DNA of 64,000 nt from Macrostomum hystrix (lineage: Eukaryota; Animalia; Platyhelminthes). Below, piece by piece: positions 37,504 through 47,618 of this stretch. A program made the translations under genes and the position numbers. Positions within the stretch are counted from its first letter, which is position 1; each line of letters opens with the position of its first letter. The stretch covers positions 14,012,001 to 14,076,000 of the forward strand of contig CATNEN010000001.1 of NCBI GenBank assembly GCA_950097015.1, in the 5' to 3' direction. Under the pieces are notes generated by a model. That model was not told the DNA's origin. It did no database searches and worked only from the letters and a program-made list of their open reading frames with translations.

Positions 37504-37775
37504 TTTATTTTTAAGCTGTACGCATAAGCCATGAAATACAGAAATTTCATAACACAATTGACGTTGTTAACAATAAGAACTTGTTACACAAAAATTCTTA
37601 GATGAGAAGCCATTGAGACTCTGCCTTGGTCGTTTAGCTTTCTAAAATCTTACATTTTATTTTAGACGTAGTTAAATATCAACGTAGTTAGACGCAGACA
37701 AGAAAACTAAAGATATGAGAACAATAATGAAGAAAACCTTTAGAAATGTCTATGTCTGCTCGATGTCTTCAACAA

Positions 37776-38549
37776 TTAAAGGCCATAAATCTCGATTTCG
37801 CAAATACTAACTGCTGACGGCTGCAGGTTGATGACGCTGATTTTGCTCCCAAATGCTTCGCAGCGAAAGGTGGCCACACTGAAGACTGCCGTGAGATTCA
37901 CCCGGTGACACTCCGTGCCGTCCACCTGCAGCGAGAGCTTATTTAGCCAGCCTTGACAACAGTCGATCCTGTTGTAGATGGTGATTCGGGAAATCTGCGA
38001 TGGTTTAGATAGACGCCCCTCCCACCATCCGAACACTCCGTCAACGGTGTGGCTGCAAGATTTAGCAGAATACACCTGGTTGACATTGCCATCCATGGCT
38101 CTCTGACAAATACCGCCAAAATAATCCGAGCTTTGATTACAGCTCACAAAGCTAAGCCTTGTTGTCACTGAAATGAGTTTAGTGAGAATAGTCTCATGCT
38201 TTATGTTTTGATGTCAGTTTTTCAAGTCTCGGTTTTTAGGTAATTAGTTCCTTTCACCTGTGTCTCGAATGTAAACATAGCAGAGCTCCGAGTTGTGCCA
38301 TGCTTCATTGTAATAGGCAGCGAAGTTGAACATACGACACAGACCCTGTAGCCAGCTGAACCCGAAACAGGTGTCATCCACCGAGCAGTCTTGAGCGCAC
38401 TCCAGTCTGTTGCTACCTGACTGGGCGATTGTGGCAGCTGGAGAGCTGAATTGGAGTGTCCTCATGCTTATAAACCTCACTTCATTTGCTTCCAACATGT
38501 TTAAGAGATTTGTAGCGGCAAATAATAGAAGCAAATTACTGCGCCGCAT
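37776..38549 (-). CDS. Secreted PAN/apple + F-type lectin protein, ~227 aa, paralogue 2
   Basis: Exons 38549-38258 and 38167-37776, phase 1, same intron position as paralogue 1. CAQDC..CFGFSW, CSHT..WWEG..IYNRIDCC..ICEIEIYG. Confidence 0.88.
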
Positions 38550-38892
38550 TATTTCTGAAATGATGCTGCAGACCTGCCAAAATAGTACGAGTAAATTGGT
38601 CGCTCAAAATCTTAGTTGTTTTATCAGTTTGGTTTAGCTGTGATTGGCTAACAAAGGTTTTAGGCGAAGAGAAACGTTCTGATCTTTAATACAACAGTTT
38701 CACTTGTTTTGTTTACTTTAAGTAGTCTAGAGAGATGAGACTCAACTGGAGCCCAACGGCTGGTGAGCTGTGTACAATATTGCAAAAGCAGAAAAAATGA
38801 GAGAGAACATTTCACGCAGTGACAACGACTCAAAGCCGCCGTCTTTCATTCCATATTGTAGGAATGCGATATTTAATTTATGCAAGAAAATT

Positions 38893-39183
38893 AAAATAAT
38901 TGATTTCCCCTGCCCGAATTGGGCCAGATGTGCAGCCGACAGCACATCCACAGCAAGTGCGCGGTGCATCTGGAGTCTGCGTACGGCTGTTCAGTTCATG
39001 AACTGGGTGGGACGCCACACCCACCCTCATTACCCCAGCTGATGCTGGTACCCATTCAACAGTTGGGTGAACTGAAGCAAGGCCGAATCGTGTCTTGCTG
39101 AAGGACACAAATTGTTCCAGTGGAGTCAGGAATCGAACCCTGACTTTCAAGTTGCGAGTCTGGCGCTCAAACCACTAGGCTAC
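38893..39183 (-). mobile_element. CORE-type tRNA SINE family B
   Basis: On -: GTAGCCTAGTGG (A box), GGTTCGATTCC (B box), then GTGTCCTTCAGCAAGACAC..TGCTTCAGTTCACCCAACTGTTGAATGGGTA, which resembles the CORE domain. Confidence 0.8.
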
Positions 39184-42057
39184 AAACGACGTGGTTAACA
39201 GTACATGTGATTTTGGTTGTGGTATTGGCTTTAGTTTTGGTGTATGGAAAACATGTGATTTTGTTAATATTCGATATTCGATCTGACTATATGATCGTTT
39301 GGTAAAATACGTGACACGTTCTAGGAGCTGTTAAGGCGAAGTTGTTGTGAGTTTATAATCACTTACAAGTAAATACGTGGCTTAGTCTTAACAACTAACA
39401 AGCCACTTATCTATTCTGTATTCAGTGTGACGGATTAGTTATTGAATTTAAAGTCAATTTCCAGCTTTTTAAAATGTGGTAAGAGAATAAATCTTGAACT
39501 TTATAATCAGCCGAATGTGTTTATTGTATTTTTCTTGGCTTTCTTGAAAAGCCAAGTAGTTAAACTAGGCCTATTCAGAAAATTATAAAAACACTGTCTT
39601 AGAATTAAGCTAGTCAGCCCCTTTATTTGCAATAATGTATAAATTAATTTTTATTACCTTGTTAGGCATTTCTTAATTACATTTTTATGTAAACTCTTAA
39701 CTTTGACTTCAGACCTTCATTTCAGGTATGGGTTCTAAATCCTGGACATTTTCCATCCCAAGATCCTAGACAAAAATGATCTAATCCTGGGAACCTGGGC
39801 CAATCCCAGGACTGAATAAACAAATTTAGGGTAAGCTTTCCATTGTCTACAAAACAAAATTCTCAACCAATTTGAGCATCATTTTGGTTTCTTCTTTCTA
39901 GCTTGTACTGTATTGATAAAATAGGCCTAGGCCTAGTTGAAGTTTTTTCATTTCACTTATCCTTGGTCACTAAGGGGGAATCCAAAAATAGTACAGATTT
40001 TCTGTCCAGGACATTTTAGATAAAAAATTTCACTTAAAATCATTTTTTATCAAAGATAGGGTGAAATCTCATCAACCAAACAAGAAAATGTCATTTTCAA
40101 CCATTCCATGTTTGATAATGAGGCAGAGTATAATTATTGCATATTATTTAAGATTGAATTGGCGCAAAAAATATATTTTACCATATACATTTTGTTTAAA
40201 TAGTTTTGTGTTTTAATGGGGTACGCCACCCCAATTTTATGATATAAATATAGGGAGATTTGAGGAGGAAAAGGACTGGAGTTCCGCACTCACTCGCAAA
40301 TTACAGTGTCTTACTTATTCTTGTTAAAGTGAATTACTTATTTTATATATTCCTCATTGAGACAAAGCCAAGCTGTCTTAGAATTAAAAGCAAGGGAGTC
40401 ATTCATACTGTGTGATTGACTGGGCAACTCTAGTCCATTGGTAACCCAATTAGGACTGGAAACTCAGATCAGTACATATTGTAGAAAAATAAAAATAAAC
40501 CAGTGCGTTATGACAAGTTATTAATTAAGTGTCTTGCTGCTTGGAGTCAGCAAGATGCTAATCCTCTAAACGCTTAGCAAATCGCTACCTACAGAAATAT
40601 ATATAACAAAGGAGTCTTTCCTTACGAAGGCTAGAATTCATGTATCTGGAAGTCATTTATATATAAATAGTAAATTCATAGTTAAATATAATACTACTGG
40701 GAGTACACTAGTGAATTTCAAAAGTGAATAAACCTTAGGTTGGAAATAACAGCAGAATAGCAAAAATGAGAGAGGGACCTGCAACAATAACAAAAAAACT
40801 GAACAAGATAAGAAATTCTAATTTACAGGTACTTGTTGAAAACAACTTTATCTTTCAAATGAAGTCTACTCATCCAAATCGTTTAACTACAAAATAAGTT
40901 GTGGCTATTTTTGTTTCTATTCCGAACAATGAACTTCCCATTGTGATGTTGTCACTTGTTGTAAGCGCCCCTATGAATTTAATCCACGTGTAAATTTACA
41001 TAGCTAATTTACATGCATACTAACCCGGTGTAAAAAACATCGTCCGGCAGACTCTGCTTTTCGACGGACGACCAATTTCGGACCAGTGTAAAATGTTGTG
41101 AATACTACTATTAGTAGTGTAGCTCTGAATAAAAATTGTATTCATTATTCTATCGTCTTCTTTTAAATAACTTATTGATCACGAATAAAAATATTTTGAT
41201 TTTCTCATTTCAAAAAGAAATGTTATCACATGTTTTTTTATTTTTAGTTGCAAATAAATTAGTCATAGCATAAATTCATAATAAATTACATTTGCAAGTT
41301 ATAAAAAGAAACAATTTGGAATAGAAATAAGCAAGACAGAACTTGCTACAAAGTTAGGAGTATAAAAAAATTACATGCAAAAATATAGAATGCAAAGTAT
41401 AAAATACAGATAAAGTATTAATAATCTATATATATAAAAGTGAAAACTCTGTCTGTCTGTCTGTGTGTGTGTGTGTGTGTGTGTGCAACCTTTTGTCTTT
41501 ATAGACGCCGAAACCGCTCAACCAAATCGCACCAAACTTTGCACATACCTAAAACCACCTACGCTGAGTGCAATAGGCTACTCAAATTCCCGAAAAATCA
41601 TTTCCTTCCTGCTCAAAAGTGCAAAAAACTGCTCAAAAATTGTCAAAAAATCACTCAATTCGACATATCGTCGCCCCACTTTGTCAGATTTTCTCCAAAT
41701 TTGATCCACTTACACTTTACATGTTTTCCAACAATGCTGTCAATTTTGAACATCTCTACTCAATCCAGAGCAAAGCTGCATCATCTCAAAGTGAGTCACT
41801 TTTTGTTTTCCGAGGACAGCCACCCCAACTCCCCTCCGCCACTCTGCGGGCCAAATTTTATTACAGCCACCCCCTCCCTTCCCCGGGCGCCGAAGCCCCA
41901 GACTGTAGGGCCTACATTGTATTTCAAGCCGTGAATGTACACAGCCCAAACCCCTAGACTGTCTACTGGCCCCCAAGCAGCACTGAGACTGAGTGTGGTG
42001 AGTGCGGTGGCGTCCCAGTGCGCAGGGCTCTCCGGTCGATATTTGGGTTAGACAGTA

Positions 42058-42641
42058 CTAGAAATGATGCCGCCAACGAAATTAACTACCCACTGCTTCA
42101 GGAGTTGCCAGGTGCAGTTTTCACCTACAAGTCAATTGATACAACGTTGACTGATGACAACGCTGTGGAGTATCCTGTTGAGTTTCTGAACTCTCTAGAT
42201 CCTCCTGGAACTCCATCGCACAACTTGCAGCTGAAAGTTGGGGCACCAATTATGCTCCTCCGCAACCTGAATGCGCCAAAGCTGTGTAACGGCACCAGAC
42301 TGATAGTCAGGCGGCTCTTCCCACACGTGATTGAGGCCACAATAATGACTGGATCTGGCAGAGGAGAGTCTGTGTTCGTTCCCCGGATTCTAATTATCCC
42401 CACGGACCTGCCATTTCAGTTCAAGCGACTGCAGTTCCCTGTGAGAGTGTGCTTTGCGATGACTATTAACAAGGCTCAGGGACAGTCGCTGAAGGTGGCT
42501 GGCATCAACCTGGAGACTCCTTGCTTCTCGCATGGGCAGCTTTATGTCGCCTGCTCCCGTGTTGGAAATCCAGCTGGCCTATTCATTTTCGCACCAAGGG
42601 GAAGAACGAAGAATGTGGTGTATCCCCAGGCCTTGAGGTGA
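42058..42641 (+). pseudogene. Helitron RepHel helicase C-terminal fragment
   Basis: LKVGAPIMLLRNL..LCNGTRL..QFPVRVCFAMTINKAQGQSL..FSHGQLYVACSRV. No Rep domain and no Walker A/B motifs. Confidence 0.9.
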
Positions 42642-42793
42642 CTCGCAAGCAATTAATAGAAAAGTAGTCACGAATTGACCTTGACCTGTCTAACTCTGAA
42701 CTCTGAAACAGTTTAATTTTGTTTCTTTGACATTGTTATTGTTATGCCATGGCTATTTTCCTTATGTATACGCGTGCACATGCATACTGTATA

Positions 42794-43065
42794 CAGAGGC
42801 AGATTTAGGGGGGGCGGGGGGGCAGTTGCCCCCCTAAATTTTAATCATGGGAATAAGATGCCCCCACCAGGGGCGCCAGTCGCAGCACTGGCGCCCCTTT
42901 TCGGCCGCTGGCGCCCCTTTTTCAGCCGCTGGCTCCCGTTTTTCAGCCGCTGGCGCCCTTTCTTGGCTCCTGGCGCCCTTTTTCGGCCGCTGGCACCCCC
43001 TCTGTGATTCTCATGGCGCTCCCCTGACAGACCGCCCCAAAACAAAATTCCTGGATCTGCCACTG
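42794..43065. mobile_element. hAT-like MITE inside Helitron unit 1
   Basis: Imperfect TIRs CAGAGGCAGATTTAG / CTGGATCTGCCACTG; 8 bp TSD ACTGTATA at 42786-42793 and 43066-43073. Confidence 0.85.
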
Positions 43066-43903
43066 ACTGTATAGAGGAGTGGCTAAGAGACATGTTTCTA
43101 AAGAAGTAATCAAGAGGGGGCTGTTTGGACAAACTTTTCACTTATTTTTTACTTAAAACGCTCTTAAACAAACTCTTCACTTTTCATTAATGCAGTAAAT
43201 AAATAAATGGTGACCTTCACTATAAAGTTAATACAGAGACGTGAATTGCTTACTGCTTTGCTTTAAATTTCTGCCCCAAAAACAACGGGCAAAAAAAGCT
43301 AGTCTATATATATAAAAGTGAAAACTCTGTCTGTGTGTCTGTGTGTGTGTGTGTGTGTGCAACCTTTTGTCTTTATAGACGCCGAAACCGCTCAACCAAA
43401 TCGCACCAAACTTTGCACATACCTAAAACCACCTACGCTGAGTGCAATAGGCTACTCAAATTCCCGAAAAATCATTTCCTACCTGCTCAAAAGTGCAAAA
43501 AACTGCTCAAAAATCGTCAAAAAATCACTCAATTCGACATATCGTCGCCCCACTTTGTCAGATTTTCTCCAAATTTGATCCACTTACACTTTACATGTTT
43601 TCCAACAATGCTGTCAATTTTGAACATCTCTACTCAATCCAGAGCAAAGCTGCATCATCTCAAAGTGAGTCACTTTTTGTTTTCCGAGGACAGCCACCCC
43701 AACTCCCCTCCGCCACTCGCGGGCCAAATTTTATTACAGCCACCCCCTCCCTTCCCCGGGCGCCGAAGCCCCAGACTGTACATTGTATTTCAAGCCGTGA
43801 ATGTACACAGCCCAAACCCCTAGACTGTCTACTGGCCCCCAAGCAGCACTGAGACTGAGTGCGGTGAGTGCGGTGGCGTCCCAGTGCGCAGGGCTCTCCG
43901 GTT

Positions 43904-44563
43904 GATATTTCTCTCCAGCCAGCCTATTTCTCTCGATATGCTGACGTTGACTGGCTGTCAGAGAGGGCAATTCTGTGTCCTAGAAATGATGCCGCCAACG
44001 AAATTAACTACCAACTGCTTCAGGAGTTGTCAGGTGCAGTTTTCACCTACAAGTCAATTGATACAACGTTGACTGATGACACCGCTGTGGAGTATCCTGT
44101 TGAGTTTCTGAACTCTCTAGATCCTCCTGGAACTCCATCGCACAACTTGCAGCTGAAAGTTGGGGCACCAATTATGCTCCTCCGCAACCTGAATGCGCCA
44201 AGGCTGTGTAACGGCACCAGACTGATAGTCAGGCGGCTCTTCCCACACGTGATTGAGGCCACGATAATGACTGGATCTGGCAGAGGAGAGTCTGTGTTCG
44301 TTCCCCGGATTCCAATTATCCCCACGGACCTGCCATTTCAGTTCAAGCGACTGCAGTTCCCTGTGAGAGTGTGCTTTGCGATGACTATTAACAAGGCTCA
44401 GGGACAGTCGCTGAAGGTGGCTGGCATCAACCTGGAGACTCCGTGCTTCTCGCATGGGCAGCTTTATGTCGCCTGCTCCCGTGTTGGAACTCCAGCTGGC
44501 CTATTCATTTTCGCACCAAGGGGAAGAACGAAGAATGTGGTGTATCCCCAGGCCTTGAGGTGA
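43904..44563 (+). pseudogene. Helitron RepHel helicase C-terminal fragment
   Basis: WLSERAILCPRND plus the same helicase motifs as unit 1. Confidence 0.9.
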
Positions 44564-44715
44564 CTCGCAAGCAATTAATAGAAAAGTAGTCACGAATTGA
44601 CCTTGACCTGTCTAACTCTGAACTCTGAAACAGTTTAATTTTGTTTCTTTGACATTGTTATTGTTATGTCATGGCTATTTTCCTTATGTCTACGCGTGTA
44701 CATGCATACTGTATA

Positions 44716-44979
44716 CAGAGGCAGATTTAGGGGGGGGGGCAAGGGGGCAGTCGCCCCCCTAAATTTTAATCATGGGAATAAGATGCCCCCACCAGGGGCG
44801 CCAGTCGCAGCACTGGTGCCCCTTTTCGGCCGCTGGCGCCCCTTTTTCAGCCGCTGGCTCCCGTTTTTCAGCCGCTGGCGCCTTTTCTTGGCTCCTGGCG
44901 CCCTTTTTCGGCCCTCTGTGATTCTCATGGCGCTCCCCTGACAGACCGCCCCAAAACAAAATTCCTGGATCTGCCACTG
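44716..44979. mobile_element. hAT-like MITE inside Helitron unit 2
   Basis: Same TIRs and ACTGTATA TSD (44708-44715, 44980-44987). Confidence 0.85.
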
Positions 44980-45273
44980 ACTGTATAGAGGAGTGGCTAA
45001 GAGACATGTTTCTAAAGAAGTAATCAAGAGGGGGCTGTTTGGACAAACTTTTCACTTATTTTTTACTTAAAACGCCCTTAAACAAACTCTTCACTTTTCA
45101 TTAATGCAGTAAATAAATAAATGGTGACCTTCACTATAAAGTTAATACATTGCTTACTGCTTTGCTTTAAATTTCTGCCCCAAAAACAACGGGCAAAAAA
45201 AGCTAGTAATAAAATACAACGCAAACAGGCAGCATAGACATGGGGTCAAAATATTACAAATTTAAATACATAG

Positions 45274-45941
45274 TGTTGTACCTGTGGTAGCGTGGCACAC
45301 ACAATTGGCAAATGACCAAGACAGGACACTGGATTCAGAGAGGAGATTTTACCGGCCTCACACACAGATGCTTCCTAGCAGAGGAACAATCCGGTAGTCA
45401 GGCTCCGAATTGCTAAGTTCTCTCGCAGCTAACTACTCTCACAGATCTTACTCTTGATCGGGCGGCACACTATGCTTCTAAATGCAGTGTGCGGCCTAGA
45501 CCAACAATAGCTTTGTAGGATCTTAGAGAGAATGCAAACACAGACGATAGAAAACTATGTCAGACGATGCAAAAAGGTAAACGCAAAACGATGCAAAACG
45601 CATGAAGACTGGAGACAAGAAAGTGCCATCAATATAAAGAAATAGTGCTACCATGATAACAACACCATCTCAAGGATTCGTCGGACTGTGCTCTACTTAT
45701 AGTAGGAGCATTTGAGCGTTGTTCTGCCAGTCTTCTTCCGAACTTAAGCGATTGCACCATGGTGTGCAATGTGACTCAGTGCACAGACAGAGCTGGAAAG
45801 AGAGAGAGAGAGCGGAGGGTGTGGCGAGCGGAAGTGACAGTGCACGGGAAACACTAACTACCAACCCTAGCCCTCCCACAGACCTAGAACAGCCTGACTC
45901 ACAGATTGCCTGGAGGCTGCTCAGCAGTCTACAGCACATCA
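45274..45941 (-). repeat. 3' LTR (668 bp)
   Basis: Near-identical to 57873-58541. By eye: 4 substitutions and 2 small indels. Confidence 0.97.
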
Positions 45942-45950
45942 CTCTCCTCC
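45942..45950 (-). promoter_or_regulatory. Polypurine tract
   Basis: GGAGGAGAG on - directly abuts the 3' LTR. Confidence 0.85.
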
Positions 45951-46286
45951 AGCTAAAGGATGACGGTCAACACCGGCTGGCCGTCAGCCGTACTTAAACC
46001 AAAAACAGGTAAGCAACTGTCCTTTTTATTTTCCTTCTCAGTAAACAAAAACAATCGCGTAGCCATCATCAAACCAAAAAAACATATAGCTCAATGGCGC
46101 ATGCTCATTTTCTCATGGCGCAAACTGAATAGAAATGACAGGCAAAAAGAGGGAAATAACACAAAACAAAAAAAAGGGGGCACAGGCTTGTGACCTAGAC
46201 AACTTGGCCGCACCGGCCTAAAAGGACCAACAAAATTAGCAACAGGGAGTACGCTCAAGAGTAGGAGCCTACTAACATGTCCCGTT

Positions 46287-47195
46287 CTAAAACCTTGCCA
46301 TGCGGACCAAGGCCTCGGGGTACCAGGCCCCTTCCACCAATTCGATGACGGCCTGACCATATCGTGCTACTAGTAGTAGTGGAGCCGCCGCTGGACCGCC
46401 AACGATTCGTTCCGCCAGTGTCGCTGCCTCGTGGGCCATTTCCCGCCTAGTGGCCCTTTCTTCACTGACGAAACCTTGTTGGATCTCGGCCGGCCACCCG
46501 TCTTCACGTATCCCCTGGGCTGCCCTAGCCAAAGCCTGAGCCAACTCGCCAATAGCACGCTCTCGGTCCGGCGCCCGATGGCCCCACTGTGCCCGGCGCT
46601 GCCTGCGCCGCTGGGCGCCACCTCGTCGTCTTCTTGGCCTGGCCCCCGCGCCCACTTCTTCCAGGCTGTCGCTGGAGGATGAAGTCTGGGGCGGTTGCCA
46701 TGGCAGTGGCGGTGGTGCTGCCGGCCCCTCGGCGACTGGCAGCTCCTCAGAGGAGTCTGGGTCTGAAAGGCCCTCGTCCTCCGAGGGCATGCCCTCCTGC
46801 AAGGCAGCCCATACGTTTTCATCAGGGTCTGCCTGGGCCTCGTCTGACCCACTGCTGCTGCTGCTCGCTATGGGTCGGCGCACCTGCACGCCGGCTTCTG
46901 CGGTTTCCGGCACCGCCTGCACGGCTACTTGTCGCCTCTTGCCTGCTGGCCCAAGTGGTGTAGCAGCAGGGCGCCTGACTGCCTGCTGCGAACGGGGGAG
47001 GGATGGCATGAAATGCTGGTGCCAACTCGGCGAGCGCTGACCCAAAGGGAAGGGCGCACTGTTGCCGAATTGGCTCCTTAAGAGCTCCACCCGTCTACTC
47101 ACCTCCGTCGAATCATTGATTTTCCTCACTAGCCCCATTAGACGTGGGCGTGTCGGCATCCTTTCCTCTGGTCCGCGGTTTTCCTTATTTTCCAT
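46287..47195 (-). CDS. Accessory ORF3 of the Gypsy element, 302 aa, unknown function
   Basis: Intact ATG-initiated ORF between the pol stop and the 3' LTR. No signal peptide or clear transmembrane segment; acidic tract, Arg-rich tract, helical C-terminus. Confidence 0.7.
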   Translation of the reverse strand: MENKENRGPEERMPTRPRLMGLVRKINDSTEVSRRVELLRSQFGNSAPFPLGQRSPSWHQHFMPSLPRSQQAVRRPAATPLGPAGKRRQVAVQAVPETAEAGVQVRRPIASSSSSGSDEAQADPDENVWAALQEGMPSEDEGLSDPDSSEELPVAEGPAAPPPLPWQPPQTSSSSDSLEEVGAGARPRRRRGGAQRRRQRRAQWGHRAPDRERAIGELAQALARAAQGIREDGWPAEIQQGFVSEERATRREMAHEAATLAERIVGGPAAAPLLLVARYGQAVIELVEGAWYPEALVRMARF

Positions 47196-47246
47196 TTTTT
47201 CTTATCTCTTTCGGGGAATCTTCGACGCTCCGATTCGGAAAGGATT

Positions 47247-47609
47247 TCACTGGAACATTGTAGGTAGGCCATACATTGCTCTAACAAAATAAGACTTTCT
47301 ACTAGGGTCGACCTGCAGCCTTTCAGGCTCTCGCCTAACTCTTTGCGGCCTCTGCTGCGGCTCCTGATCCCTAGCTACACCTAGTTGAGCAGCCTCACCT
47401 ACTTCCTCGGCCCTAACACCATCTGCAACCTCCCCGTGCACAGAGGATGGGATAGGGGGCAGGGTTGGAGAGGGCAACGGACTGTCCGACGGCAGGACAA
47501 CCACATCACCAGACGCCTTCCCCGCCTCTTCTCCGTTGCAGATCTCCTGGCCGACCGGTTCTTCAAGATTCGACCTGGAGGCAGCTCGTGATCGCAGGTG
47601 CCACCTACG
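47247..47609 (-). pseudogene. pol: Original Pol C-terminal tail, separated by the LINE insertion
   Basis: Removing the LINE and one TSD copy restores ...EEEIGLWSA-RRWHLRSR...RPQRVRREPERLQVDP...MFQ* in frame. Confidence 0.85.
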
Positions 47610-47618
47610 AGCGCTCCA

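Larger units (their letters stand above)
41425..43302 (+). mobile_element. Non-autonomous Helitron, unit 1
   Basis: A|TC start, subterminal hairpin TGCCC-CAAAAACAAC-GGGCA, CTAG end, PIF1-type helicase C-terminal fragment. Confidence 0.93.
43303..45206 (+). mobile_element. Non-autonomous Helitron, unit 2
   Basis: Starts with TC immediately after the unit-1 CTAG and ends CTAG|T. Near-identical to unit 1. Confidence 0.93.

Noticed and set aside
39594-40387. 15 bp direct repeat CTGTCTTAGAATTAA as the TSD of an insertion
   Set aside because: No TIRs, tail or coding remnant recognisable between the copies.
46287-47195. env gene
   Set aside because: No signal peptide, Cys pattern or transmembrane anchor.
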